From Isurus oxyrinchus (taxonomy: Eukaryota), in assembly GCA_026770705.1 (NCBI GenBank), contig JANJGN010000011.1, forward strand, positions 36,270,001-36,334,000: 64,000 bases of DNA, read 5' to 3'. This document shows, piece by piece, positions 24,395 to 38,214 of this stretch. The translations under genes were made by a program, and so were the position numbers. The notes under the pieces were generated by a model. That model searched no databases. It was not told the origin of the DNA and worked only from the letters and a program-made list of their open reading frames with translations. The first letter of the stretch is position 1; the number at the start of each line of letters is the position of its first letter.

Positions 24395-25681
24395 CCTCAC
24401 TCAGAACCTTCAGAGATAACTTTCTTCTCTCTCTGGTCCTGTTGCTGAGACTGTTGGGTGTATTTATCGGCTTGCCATTTGGACATAAAACTGGAATTGT
24501 GAATTAAGTTCCAATTATAGAACCTGTCTGATATTCATTTCTGTTGAAATCAGGCACATTAGACTTGGTAGTTTTACATCTACCCTGGATCTTTCCCTTT
24601 TCATTTGAGCCAAGAATTTGCATATTTCCTGTCTGAATACTTCAACCAAATAGGTGATGTTTTGGGTGTTAAAAGATGCAAAAAAAAGCATACTTTTTTA
24701 AATTCCTTTTATTCTGTCTTCCTTTTACTCAATTCATTTAATGTTATTTGCACACACTGTACTAAACTAATTTGTTATTAATTCCTTTTGTTCATTGGCG
24801 GTATATTTTCCCATCTTGACCATTATCAGGTACTTTAGCATAGAAATGTTGTCATTCGTGATAACAGCAAAAAGGTATAACTCTATAGCAATCCTTTATC
24901 TGATATTTGGGTGGAGTCATTAGCTCATAAAGTAAGCAGTTAATGTCTATGTTAACATTTCATATGATGGTGTTAAAAAGTGGTCTGCTAATATTGCTAA
25001 TTTTCATCACTTTTTATTTTCAATTTTGCATCTGTTTCTTGATTACGTTTCTCAGTGCTTGCATTATATTTTGCCTTGTTTGATAGGCCATTGCCGGTTT
25101 CCAATTAAATCTGTGTCCTGTTTGGCTTATTTTATTTCAGTGTCACTTCATTTTTAGTTTTAACATTTATCTAAATTCAATTCTGCTATCCATGTGCAAC
25201 AATGCAAAATGATTAATGAGATCCAGCCTTATCGGGTAAATTTGTAGGAGCAGAATCCAGCAAATTTCCTTTAGAAATACAAGTCGCATATCATACCTTT
25301 CTATCTCCTACAGTTGAAAACAAGAAATAATAAGGCCAATTTATAGCTCTGCCTGCCCAGCTGAAACTGGGCGAACATTTAAAATCAATAAACCTGCCAA
25401 CGCCCACTTTCTGCACACAGTACTCAGAATTAACCTGCTCTTTTGAACAAATGACTCTTCGAAAACCACTTACCTGACTGCTGGGGACTGTCCTTTCAGT
25501 TCCCTCCAGCAGCTTCCTGTTGCCTGAACCCCTGCCTGCTGGATAGCTACCATTTCCCACTGGTTTGGGAAAAAACTCAGCAGTTAAAATCACTTTGTCC
25601 TGTAGCTGAGATCGGGGTTGGGTTGCTGCTCACCCTGGCCTCCCCGTCTGCCTGATTCCTTCCCTGTGATAAAATCAGCAG

Positions 25682-26121
25682 TACCATAAATCATGGCATA
25701 TAAGTTGACCTGGTGTATAAGGCAACGCCAATTTACCTCCACAGAAATTGTTTTTGCATATGCTCAATGTATAAGTTGACACCACCACACCGCCCTCTTC
25801 TCTGCACACCCCCGCCCTGCCGACATTTACAGCTACAACATTGCTATACTTAGATTCGTAGTCAGCCCAAATTTACCCCACAAATGCATGTTTTACTTAC
25901 CAGTACCTTATAACTGGATGCAAGGGATCAAGGTAGCAATAAAGGCTGTGTTGCATGATGTGGGGGAACTTTTTGTGCCAGTTAGCGGTAACATTTCAAA
26001 ATGACAACCACCCACAACCAAGGCAGCAGTTTACTTTTACTCAAGTGTAAAAGTCGACCCCTGCTTTTGAAGGGATTTTTCAAGGGGTCATAGGTTGACT
26101 AATATGCCAACAACTAAAATA
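25682..26121. mobile_element. Tc1/mariner-pogo-type MITE
   Basis: Left end taccataaatcatggcatataagttgac and right end gttgactaatatgccaac form degenerate inverted ends; repeated subterminal TATAAGTYGAC motifs. Confidence 0.55.
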
Positions 26122-26516
26122 ATGTGATCATAAAAGCATAAATAGGGGGCAAGAGTAGGCCTTTTGGCCCCTTGAGCTTTCTCCATCATTCAATAATTCA
26201 TGGCTGACCAGATTTTGGTCTTAACTCCACTTTCTTGACTGCCTTTTATAATCTTTGAGTGCCTTGTAGATCAACAATCTATCTAACTCGGTCTTGAATG
26301 TATTCAATGACCCAGCTTCTACAGTGTCTGAGGTATTGAATTCCAAAGGCTAACAACCCTCTGAGAGAAGAAATTAATTCTCATCTCCCACTTAAATCAG
26401 AGACCCTTACTTTATAAATTGTGCCCCCTAGTTCTAGATCCCCCGTGGGGGGAAACCATCCTCTCAGCAGCTACCCTGTCAAGCCCCTTTGAATCTTATG
26501 TTTCAGTAAGATCATC

Positions 26517-27531
26517 TGCGAGAATGGACGTTCTTTTTAAAAATATTTTTTGTGTGCATGCATGTGTGTGTGCAAGATTTAATTAAGCTGGGTAGAGGTT
26601 AATAGGAGCCAGGTTATCTGGAGGGTTTGAAACATGAAAAGGATAGAGGTATTAAGTTTAAGGTACAAGGAAATAGATTAGATCTAACATTTGCATTTTT
26701 TTTATAGATAAGTTGAGTTTGTTTGAATATCAAAGCAGAATCAGAAGTAGCAATAAACCTGTTTACATCCTGCAAGAGTTCCATCAGTAAATAGTAGTGA
26801 GGATATTATATTTTCTTGACCTGAAAGCAAAGACAAGATAGAGATATAAAAGATTTTATATTTGGAAGGATTTGAGTTTCAAAGAGGTGTGAGAACAATG
26901 GAACCAGAAATGAAAGGGAAAAGAGGTATTTTAGAGTTACTGTGGATAGCTGGAGTAGCTGTTGAGCTGGAGCTATGGTGATAGAGGGAAATAGCTGGAG
27001 CTGTTGAGCTATAACTGGAGTTCTGGGCTGGCAGAGGATGCAATTTAAATCAACCATCTAGCCAAGCCAGAAAAGTCTTGGGCTGCAACATACAGTTTTG
27101 TTCTGAAATAGATTCCTCTGCAGAGTGGATGACGGTTGAGATCATGTGGTAGACCTTTCTTAATGCTACAGCAGTTTGCCTTGAGTAATATTGTTGGATT
27201 TATTTTATAGTTAACATCTATAAGGGAGTGTTGCCTGGATGTGCTTACTTGTGGGTCTGACCAAGTAAAGTGTCTTTTTGGGGAATGTTTTATAAGACTG
27301 GCCTTAATTGTGTAACTGTATTCTGGTGTGTGTAATTTTTCTTTTATTCTTGTTAATAAAACTCTTAGTTTTAATTTTTAAAATCCTCAGAGTGTTACTG
27401 GACCTCTTACTGCTGAGATCGGTACATCAAATTCTCGTTTTCAGAAACACAAAAAAAATTATGGTCCGTAAACCAAGTTTCTCTCTGGGATTTGGTTTGC
27501 GCAGCAATTAACACCAGCTGTGGTCATAGCG
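26517..27531 (+). mobile_element. Solo LTR related to the 4342/53023 family, inserted in a CR1
   Basis: Both ends resemble the reverse complement of those LTRs (tttgcatttt...agataa; ttaataaa near 27355; ggtcatagcg vs cataaca). CR1 sequence is continuous across it. Confidence 0.65.
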
Positions 27532-27896
27532 TATATTTCATTCTTCTAAATTCCAGTGAGTATAGGCCCAACCTGCTTAACATTTTTACATAAGACAACC
27601 CCTCCATTCCAGGAATCAGCCTCATGAAATGCATCCAATGCAGGGACATCACTCCTTAAATAAGGAAACCAAAATTGTACGCAATATTCCAGGCATGGTC
27701 TCACCAGTTCCCTGTACAGCTGTAGATTCCAGTATCTTCCCAATGACTGACAGACATTAGACTAATTGGTCTATAGTTTCCTGCTTTCTGTTTCCCTTCT
27801 TTCTTGAATAGAGGTGTTACATTTGGGGTTTTCCAATCCACTGGAGCCTTTCCAGGATCAAGGGAATTTTAGAAAATTACAACCAAAGCATTCAGT

Positions 27897-28532
27897 GGCT
27901 AAGATTTAATGTCCTCCCCCATGGCGAGGTTGGTGCTGGGGAGAGGAGAAATTAATCGGATGGAGGGTGGCAGGTGGGGTCCCTGCTGCTTTCCTGCCTC
28001 AGATCCATTATTGGGAAGGCCCATGGACAGCATTCCTGTCCCTCTGCTGATTGATGCTGTTAAGTTGCCAATTGAGGGAACAAGACAAACAAACGTATAC
28101 GGAGTGGGAGGCATTCAAAAGCACTCAGTGCCTGATCAAAGGACTCTGCATCAGAAGTGGGAGAGACCACTGAGAGACATTCCTGCCTTTGCTGTTGACC
28201 TCACTTTCCCCCCTCTGACCCATTGTCACCATCACTCCCCTGAGGCCTGGGATCCAGCAACAAACTGAGTCTTGGGTGGGTGTCATACTGGCAACAACCA
28301 TCACCAACCAGGTGATGCTGCCATTCTGTAGAGCTGATTTGATTGGCTGACAGCTCTCAGTGGGCAGTACTTCTGCCCTGGGGTTCTTGGTGCAGGGGAA
28401 GGCCTGCCACTATCCGCTTATGTTCCCAGGAGTCATTTAATTTGGTGGGCCTTCCTTAAAAGAAATAACTCAGGCTCTCACCGGTTCTCTAGCCGAAGGG
28501 TGAAACACCATTGCCTCCATTACATATCACCC
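27897..28532. mobile_element. GC-rich MITE-like insertion (probably Harbinger type) in a CR1
   Basis: Interrupts the CR1 at aaagcattcagt|...|actatctctgc; weak inverted ends; 3-bp flanks AGT/ACT. Confidence 0.5.
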
Positions 28533-29916
28533 ACTATCTCTGCAACCATTTCCTTTAAGACCCTAGGATGTAGGCTGTCAGGTCCAGGGGACTTGTCAGT
28601 CTCTTGCCATTAGTATTCCTAGTATGTTTTTCTCAAGAGATAGTGATTGTTTTGAGCTCATCCATCTCTTTTGCCCCTGCTTTTCTGCTATTCTTGGGAT
28701 GCTTTTTGTATCTTCTACCATGAAGATGGATACAAAATACTTGTTCAAAGTCACTGCCATTTCCTTGACCCCCATTACTAATTTCTCCAGTTTCATCCTC
28801 TAAGGGATCAATGCTTACTTTAGTTATTCTCTATATTTTTCTATACTTGCAGAAGTACTTACTACTTTTATGTTTCTTCTTAATTTACTCTCATTCTAAT
28901 TTCTCACTTTTTTTTTAGTCATCCTTTGGTTTCTATATATTCCCAATCTTCTGGCCTACCACTAATCTTCACAGTATTGAATACCTTTTCTTTCAATTTG
29001 ATGCCACCCTTAACTTGACCCCAGATGGACCATCCTTGTAGAGCCTTTCCTTCTCATTTGAATAAATCTTTGAGAGTTATGAAATATCTCCTGAAATATC
29101 TGCCATTGCCTCTCTGTCATCTTACTCTTAACCTATTTTTCCAATCTACGTTAGCCAAATCTGTCTTCTATAATTGCTTAAGACACTGGTTTCCGACCCA
29201 AGTTTCTCACCTTCAAACTGATATAATTTCACAAACATGTTATGATCACTCTTTCTGAGAGGATTCTTTACTATGAAATCATTATTTAATCTTGTCTTAT
29301 TACATATAACTAATTCTAAAATGGCCTGTTCCCTGGTTGGTTTCAGAATGTATTGTTGTAAGTAACTATCCCAAATGCACTTTGTGACTTCATCCTCCAG
29401 GCTACTTTTTAGCCAATTTGATTTATACAATCGATGTGATGATTAAAGTCACCCCTATTATTGTAGTTCCTTTCTTACAAGTCCCCATTATTTCTTGATA
29501 TATACGCTATCCTACAGTGCACTTACTGTTGGAGTAGGTCTATAAACTACTCCCATCAATAACTTATTTTCTTTGCTGTTTCTTATCTCCAACCAAACTT
29601 GATTTTGCAAGTGAAGATGATTTCTCACTACTATCAGTATAATAAAATAATTATTTTAAAGTTGAAAATAACCATCCTTTATTAACAGGGCTACCCACCT
29701 CCTTTTCCTTTCTTTCTGTCCTTCCTAAATATCAAATACCCTTGAATGTTCAGTTCTCAGCCTTGGTCACCTTGCAACCATGTCTCTGTAATTGTTATCA
29801 TATACTTATTTATGTTTATTTGTGCTATCAGTTCACCCATCTTGTTTCAAATGCTGCATGCATTCAGATAAAGAGCCATGAATTCTATTTTTTACCACTT
29901 TTTTCCCTCCTTTGAC

Positions 29917-30874
29917 CTTTTGTTTTATTCTTTCAGGGTATGTGGGCATCACCAGCTGGGCTAGCATTTGCTTATAGCCCTTGAGAAGGTTGTGATGTGC
30001 TGCCTTCTTGAAACGCTGCAAGCCATGTGGTGTAGATACACCCACACTGCTGTTAGGGAGAGGGTTCCTGGTTTTTGTCCCAGCAACAATGAAGCCATAT
30101 AGTTCCAAGTTAGGATGGCGTGTGACTTGGAGAGCAACTTGCAGCTGGTGGTGTTCCCATGCATCTGCTGCCCTTGGCCTTTTAGCTCGTAGATGTCATG
30201 TGTTTGGAAGGAGCATTGATGAGTTGTTGCAGTGTAACTTGTAGATAGTACACTATCTGCCATTGTGCATCGATGGCGGAAGGATGAATGTTTAAGGTGG
30301 TGGATAGGGTGCTAATAAAGTGGGCTGCTTTGTCCTGGACAGGGTCAAGCGACTTGAGTGTTATTGGCTGCACTCGTCTATGCAAGTGGAGAGTATTTCA
30401 TCACACTCCTTGACTTGTGCTTTGTAAATGGTGGACAGGCTTTAGGGAGTCAAAGTGAATTACTCACTCAGAACTCCCAGCCTTTGACATGCTGTTGTAG
30501 CCACAGTATTTATACTGGTTGGTCCAGTTCAGTTTCTCATCAATGGTAACCCTCAGGATATTGATAGTGGGGGATTCTGTGATGATAATGCCATTGAATG
30601 TCAAGATTAGATTCTCTCTTGTTGGGGATGGTCATTGTCTGGCATTCATGTGGTGCAGATGTTACTTGGCACTCATCAGCCCAAGCCTCAATGTTGTCCA
30701 GGTCATGCTGCATAGAGGCACGGATTGCTTCAGGACCTGAGGAATCACGAATGGTACTGAACACTGGGTAAGCATCGGCGAACATCCCCACTTCTAGGCT
30801 TATGATGGAGGGAAGGACATTGATGAAGCAACTGAAAATGGTTGGGCCTAAAACACTACCCTGAGGAACTCCTG
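29917..30874 (-). mobile_element. 5'-truncated family A LINE inserted in a CR1
   Basis: ORFs GMFADAYPVFSTIRDSS...HDLDNIEAWAD and HGLQRFKKAAHHNLLKG; family tail on the left. Confidence 0.85.
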
Positions 30875-33800
30875 TATGCTCTGTCTTTTCCCCTCAAACT
30901 CTGGTTACCACTACCCTGCACTATTGCTTTGTCCTTTTTCATTAACTTTCTATATCCCCCCTCATGTGATTCAGCCTCCTCCCCTCTTTCCCGCCTGCCC
31001 CCCAATCCGCAAACTATTTAGCGTAAAGCCCTCTCTTTCGCCTGGTTATACATTTTGGCAGGATCCTGGTTCCAGCACAGTTCAAGTGAAGGCCATCCCA
31101 AGCTAATCTGAATCTAGCATTGCTGTAGGTAGCTCAAGTTATCTGTTCTTAAGAGATCTTTTGACATGCTATCATAAATGCTTCTCCAGCACAGAGCAGT
31201 GGTTAATTTCATCTCATGTGCCTTTGGCATCCCTGAAGCACAAGACATGGAAGCCATTAAGAATAACTAAAGATGTTTTTCAGTCAAATTGTGAAAGTTA
31301 TTGGTCATGCTGTTTCTTTGAGATTGAAGCCTACCCCTGCAGCATAAGTCCAGTATTATACCAGCCATGAACATTAAATTGTTAGTGCAGCTTCAAACGT
31401 TCCCAAAGATCATCCTCTGATATAAACGCTTGGAGCTATAAAGCAATGGAACCTTTATTTATTATTTGGGCTATCATAAAACACAATTTCTCATAATAGC
31501 CTTGGCTTCAGATACTTTCATGTTATATTCCATGCTATATTTTTGGTATGTTTGTTTTTCACTGCACTTCACAAAGCCTTGTTTTATGACTACTAATTTT
31601 AGCACAGTTTAAACATTAATCAATAAAAAATAGCTACATGTTAATTTTCAAGACAAATTTGGTACAGTTTGACTAACTGAAATTTGCACTTTCTATGCAT
31701 TTTGGAATGTCACAAAAATGATTTTAAAACTATGGTTTCAAGTTGGGAAAAATGTGACGAGGCCAGTAGGGCATTGAAATGTACATCAGATCCATCAAAG
31801 TCACATCCAATTTCTGGAGAAATGTCATAATATTGAAGTGAGCCAAACCATCATTAGTACAAGTGTTGAAAAGGTGATTTTTGAACCAGTAAAAGCCCAT
31901 AGTCATCCCATGCCTAACTATTAAACTTGACAGCAATCCACACATTCTTTGCAGTGAACATTAACAAATTCATACTGGCAAGTCTACAAGAACTACTCAC
32001 TCCTCTGTCTCTAAGTATCTACATCAACTAATAATGTCTTGGCTAAAAAAACAAATAAATAAGTCTGCTACCCAATGACTGTTCTGCCACAGGATGTTTT
32101 GGCTAATGATCTAAGACAATGATATGGTAATCAAATAACCAGGATTCGGTAATTGTAGGGTATGGTTAACATTCACCCTCCCACCGTGCCCCACATCTAC
32201 CCCAAACTGACTGAATTAATTAGTGCTTCCTTTCAGTTGTAAGAGTTGTTGTAAGGTATCCCTGAGGCAGGTAGCCCTTGTGGACACCCTTTTGTGCTGT
32301 GGAAAGTTGGTGCTTCTTTGCCTGCGCCCTGATCTTTTTAATATCTTGGGTATTGAGTCGAGCCTTTTGCTGCTACTTTTACTTGGCTTTATTCTAACCA
32401 CTGGTTTGCACTCTAGATATATGTTTTTTCAACAGGAATATCTTTACTTTAATGTTATGAATGGGCAATGGAAAAGAATATGTTGGGGGGCTGTGGGTCA
32501 GGAATCACTGACATTTCTTCTCTACACTCATTCCTTTGGGTCTACATACAAAGTTTTAATTGGGGATCCTTAACATGAGAAGGATACACAAAAGGAGCGG
32601 AATGTAAGAACAACAAGGAGAAAGCAAATGGGAGTCCAGAACTTCCAATAAGTAAACTTAAAATAAAGTCACTTCATACCTGCCTGTTCTCCCCTGACAC
32701 CCTCAAGCTCCAAAGTCTGCCTATATATTTCATGAAACAGAAGTCTATATTTCTCCTGCAATCAGTCAGTTTCCAAAAGTTGAAAGCAGACACAGAAATA
32801 AATTCCCAACTTTGTGATCAAGCTATTTTTACTTGAAACGATAATATTCAACGTTAAATGCCAACAAAATGTATTTTTCCTTCCTGCGATGACTTCCTAT
32901 CACCATGACTCTGCTTTGCGACAGTTTAATCACTCAAGTCTCAGTCTCAGTGGCTTGAACTTGAGCAGTGAGTGGTAAGGATGGTTCTTTAGAGACTTGA
33001 GGTGATTCCTGTCTCCTGGAGGAACAATGCCATCTGCAGTCACTGCTTGCAGCCCACAGGTGATGAGTAAATGATTGGAGCTGCTAACAGTCTGCTCATT
33101 ACAGACCTAATGTCTTAGAAATCATGGATTTGGAAGTAATTGTAGAAGCCTTGGCTGAGTTGCCTTTATTGAGTCTATGCTCACCAGAGTGGTTTAGGAA
33201 TATTGGTATTGAGCTGAGGGTGCGATGTCCCCCATGAGAACTGTCCCAAATATTGAGTCCAGCTGCCTTTGAGGGGTCTCTTGCTTTGTTTCAGGTTGGT
33301 CTGTACAACTCAGTTTTGATGTGTGAATTCCTAATAGAGATCAGCTTTGATTGAGGTTCCCATGTCAGAGTTGTCACTTTCAAACAGAACTGAGTCAAAA
33401 CAAAAGTCCAGGGAGATGGGCAGAAAAATGATTAAAAGTGGCCAACTGGGGAGCTTTACTGTACCTACTGTTTATGGTTTTAGAGTAAATGTTAACAGGT
33501 TATTGGTCACTACATGTTACAGGTATGATATTGGGCCAGTTTCATAGGGACATTCATTAAGTCATTTTATTACTATTCATTATGATGGGAACCTGAGTCT
33601 TAATAGCATTGCTATTAGCTAGCAGTATATTAGTGAATTACTATTAGTTACTGATGCAGTCAAAGTTGCTCCCACTTCTGATTTCATCTCTGCGAATTCT
33701 TTTCGCTCACCTTTTGGTTTCCTGTCTTTCCTTGAACCCCCAGCAGGAGGGGGTAATTTACTTGATTCGATTTTCACTAATCCACCTTTCACAGCCATGT

Positions 33801-34019
33801 CCATCCAGGATGGCATTAGTAGGAGTGACGACCATACACTCTTGTCTTCCCAGTGAGGACATCCTTTGCCAACAGTGTTACACAACAATCCTGCTAAAAG
33901 GGACAGATTAAGGGGGAAAAAAAGCTGATGGAAACAGGTACTGTGAATTAGCAACAGCAGATTTGTATGCCATTTGTAATCATGGCCTAACATAACATTT
34001 GTCCATCATCAGTTTGTCA

Positions 34020-34690
34020 AGAGACTATTGTGGAGTGGCATCAGCCATATCTTAGAATGAGGCATCAACCTAATGAGCACACGTATAGGGCTGCATGCAT
34101 GTAAAAATGCAAAAAGCAACAGCATATAGAGAGAGCTAAGCAGTTTCAGAACCAATAAATCAGAGCAAAGCTTGTCAGCCCTCTTAAATCTATTTCAGAA
34201 TAATGGTGGACAGTGCAGCAACGAATAGAAGGAGGAGGCTCCATCTTCTACTGTGTCAGAGCATAACATATGACTGTAAAAGATGGGATTGCAGTGTTGA
34301 AAATGTTTTCAGAGACAAGTCCTCATGATCATGGATGCCAGTTTCAAAGCAATTATTTGACTCCACATAACATTAAAACATGACTGCATGAACAGGAGAC
34401 AGCAAATGTTGTGGTGCTGAAGATCCAGATAGCATTCTCACACACCAGTGCAGCTATGATGTTGGCATCCACCTGACAATGTGTAAAATTGACTAGGTAT
34501 GTCCTAACCACAAAAAAATCAGAATAAATGTAACTCATCCAATTACTGTCGTATCAGACATCTCCCAGTCATAAGCAAAGTGAAGGAAGCAGCCATTAGA
34601 AGTGCCATCACTCACTGATTTAACCTGCTTGATGACATACATTCAGGTTTCACCAGAGCAGCTTGGCCCCAGACCTCATTACGTAGAGAT
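34020..34690 (+). mobile_element. Highly degenerate family A LINE fragment
   Basis: Colinear with about 55770-56730 (gtggagtggcatcagccat; aatggtggacag...gaaggaggaggctcc; cagctatgatgttggcatccacctgacaatgtg). Confidence 0.65.
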
Positions 34691-34875
34691 GAAGAAAAGA
34701 TTCCAAAGCAGAATTTGTACTTCGGACTGCCACCCAGTGGTCAGTGAAAGGTGCACTTTTGGGTACGTTGGGTGAGGATAAGACTGAGTTTAGCTAAGAT
34801 GCACCTGTATTTTAAAGGGGATGAAAAGAGATGACTCCCACCTACCAACCCCACCCCGCAACCCCCGAAGATACT

Positions 34876-35002
34876 GGATGGAATTTTACAGCCCTGTTGC
34901 AGTGGGGGTGGGGCCATAACATATAGTGAGCCATTCAAAAGTCTGTTAACTTCAGCGGGACTGGAAAATCCTGCCAGCAGGAGGGGCCGTAAAATTATAT
35001 CC
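34876..35002. mobile_element. 127-bp Harbinger-type MITE
   Basis: 19-bp TIRs ggatggaattttacagccc / gggccgtaaaattatatcc (3 mismatches); 3-bp TSD ACT. Confidence 0.75.
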
Positions 35003-35519
35003 ACTGACTTCGCACTGACGCTCAAGTCATTGAAGTGATCATGAGCCATCTGTCTGCTCTTTGCCCACATTGTCACGACCATGATTGCATGAGTAGCATA
35101 TCACTTCTCGTGCTTGTCAGTAACCTCAGCCAATCTTCTTAGCAAGTCATTATGGGAAGGCCTGCAGATGCTGCATGTGCAGCCATGTCACATTGCCTTG
35201 GGAATACAAAGCACACCATACACATAATAAAGACTGATCTCTAACATACCATGACATTGCCGTCCCTCAATCCCCTTCATTCAGCACAGCTTCCAAATGT
35301 GAAACAGTGGACTGTATGAGAATGGTCCAATCCCCTTGGTCTTTCAGAGGGTATAGGACGTGTATAGTGAAGTAGCTCTGGATAGGACCTGGCAAAGATG
35401 GGCACACAGTCAGAGCAGGCAAATATTTACAGCCAAGGAAATTACGGTCAGGTAGGTGCATCACTGGTGGTCAAAATGATTGAAGACAAGGTAACCCCTG
35501 ACAGCCCTACCATGTTCCT

Positions 35520-36300
35520 TCACAAGGTTTTGGTGATGACACACTGGTGTGAGCCACATTCTGAGGGAATTGCCCTTGTCACCCAGGATCCAACCCTGAA
35601 CTTAAACAGCGGCCTCAAATAGTTGTGGCAGCTGGAAGTTCCTTAAGATTGGTGTCATGAAAGCTCCCTGGGAAAAGGGCCCACACTTGCATAATTCTTT
35701 TTCTGTGGTCACAGACAACTTGAACGTTAAAGGAGTGAAACTACTTTCAATTTACAAATACAGCTGGGTGTTCCCAGGGATCCTTATTGGCCACGTGTGT
35801 ACAGTTGATTACACTCCGTACCTGTGGGAACCACATGATGACACCAACGCCAGTTGCTCTAGTGGCCTGGCTTTCAGCATCTGTTGAGAATCTGATGAAT
35901 TTGTTGACCCTTCTGAACAGGGCACGTCACCACCTGTTTGCAACTGTGTATTACAACTTGGGAAATGCAGTATACATGTTCCCTATGGAGCCCTGAAATG
36001 AGCCACTGGCATTGAAGTTTTGGGCTGTGGATACCATGAGGGTGACCAGTATGTGGTTCCCTCCAAAGCCATGACTGCAGGTTAGTAACCACCTCCCAAG
36101 AAATTCTTAGCCATCCCCGACTTTGCCTCCCAATACCCAGCTCCAGGTATCTGAGTGTTCTGAACTCAGCCTGGTGCGCCGAGGCTCTTCAATGATGAAG
36201 ACAGCCCTGGCTCAGTTCCTCCTGACCCCCCCTCTCCCTCGGTTGGTGCCAGCTGATGGCCTTGTGGCCTATGTTGAAGTGCTTGGTTGGGCCTCCTCTG
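35520..36300 (-). pseudogene. Harbinger transposase relic
   Basis: Minus strand reads FPQVRSVINCTHVA...FHSFNVQVVCDHRK...FPGSFHD...GWILGDKG. Confidence 0.8.
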
Positions 36301-38214
36301 GCAAATCCTCTCCTTCACCAACAAAGGTTGCAAAATGATTGGGTGTATGAGACCCATCTCAAATCTGTGTAAAGATGGCAGGCAATGTTTTCAGCACCTC
36401 TATTGACATGGCCTTAATTCCTAGTGCAGCTGCAGTTGACCAATGGATTGCATGACCCTTCCAAGAGCCACACCCAGAACTCCTCCCAACACAGTGACCT
36501 CCTTCCATGACAATCTAATCTCCTGGGAGGCAAATTGCCTAGCAGCATCTGATCTCCAGCAAGGCAGCATTTCTTAGCAGCCAAATCGATGGACACTAAC
36601 GCTGAGCCTGCTGCTGAAGCCCATCCACCACCACCTTCCCTCTGTCACCCTCGAGCTTCCTTTCATTCCCTTGACTCTCCAACATTACCCAGCTGTTTCC
36701 ACCAATCATCCTAGAACATCCAACTATCACCCTTAACCCAGAGCCATCCCATTTGGAATGCTGTATGGTCATGAAAGGCATTATATCAATAAAAGTTCAT
36801 TTATTTTTAGGATTGGAAAGAGGGAAAATTGGAAAAAATTGTTGACCTAATATATAGAATATAACTTACATGGCAGAATTTGAGTCTCTTATATGGACTA
36901 CATCAAGGTTTCTTTTTTTTTGTAACCTGATTTTTAAAACTTTGATTTGCCCATGTACTACTTCTCAGCTAATAAAAGTAGAGCAGCCAACATCCTCTAC
37001 CTCTTTACTAATGTCATGCATCAGCTGTCTCCAGGGAGGTTTAAATAAGTGCTGTGGGTCACTTACTCAGAGGAAGGTAGAATTGAACGTAAGAAAATGC
37101 CTAGCCTTTGCTTGTGGCTTTGCAATATCTCTGTGACGATATGACCAAGATCAAAATGTAAATATAGGCCAACAAGAACGTGTGCTATCACTCCATGAGA
37201 TATTGTATTCCTGTACAACTGCTAGTCATTTCCATCTTCATGCAATTCTCCATGTAATTTCATCATTTGGGATATTGCAGCTCTGTTTACTGTAGGATGG
37301 TACAAGGTTGCCCCTTACTAGTAGATCTGGTAAATGCCTATAGATTGGTATGTTACATATTGGTCTGGGGAAGGATTGTGTTGAGAGTGAGATTTCAATT
37401 TCAGTTGTAATTAACCATTAGTCTGAAAGAGGGAAACATATTATATCACTTAATGTCTCCATTTTCATGAAGGAATAGAACATTCCTGCATCAATTTTCC
37501 AAAGATTAATGGGACAGTCAAAGGGCTTCCACTGAGGTAATGATTTATCAGGAGAACTTGAACACCACTCATAAAAATTGTAACCTGATTAGCAATTTCT
37601 AGTGCTTTACATGGATATACATGTAGAGAAGATGTAAAACAACAAGATTCTTCTACCTTATATAATTTATAAAAGTTCTTTGATTTTTCTTGGCAGATTA
37701 CATTACATTTTGATTTTGTAGCCTGTATAATGTAAGTTTAATTTTTTATGTATTTATAACAGGAATATCTAGGCAATATACAAACAAATTATAAATTTCA
37801 GATTGTGAATAATTAAAATATTTATAGGTATGAGAACCACTAAGATCCTGCTTTGTGATCAGAAATGTTACCAAACAATCTACTCTTGAAAGAAGTATTG
37901 TGCCGTACCCTTTCTGCTTCCAATTTCCCATCTACTGTTCTCAAATGGGAGGACAGCATAGTGCAGCCCATGAATCACGCTCAGATTTCTCCTTGAACTA
38001 TTTTACTGGAAAACTCCTTGGTTAGTTCCCTTATGCCACTGACATAAAATAGGGATAAAGCGGAATGCCTGTGATCTTCGATATTAAGATTCAAAGTTAG
38101 TCCTCCTATCAGGCCTGTGTACTTGAAACCCCAAAAAAAGCATCATATTATAAATTAATTAGGCTCTGTTTAAAAAGTCATATTTATTTCTCATGAATGG
38201 TAATATTTGTTATG

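Larger units (their letters stand above)
26131..31105 (-). mobile_element. Long degenerate CR1 LINE hosting an LTR, a MITE and a family A LINE
   Basis: 3' end taaaagcataaatagggggcaagagtaggcc; LQLYRELVRPCLEYCVQFWFPYLR; EMAVTLNKYFVSIF; endonuclease YLQQYILKPTREQAILELV...KSDHNM. Confidence 0.8.

Noticed and set aside
37067-37210. 144-bp minus-strand open exon candidate with a strong GTAAGT donor
   Set aside because: The acceptor lacks a pyrimidine tract, the peptide is unrecognisable, and there are no partner exons.
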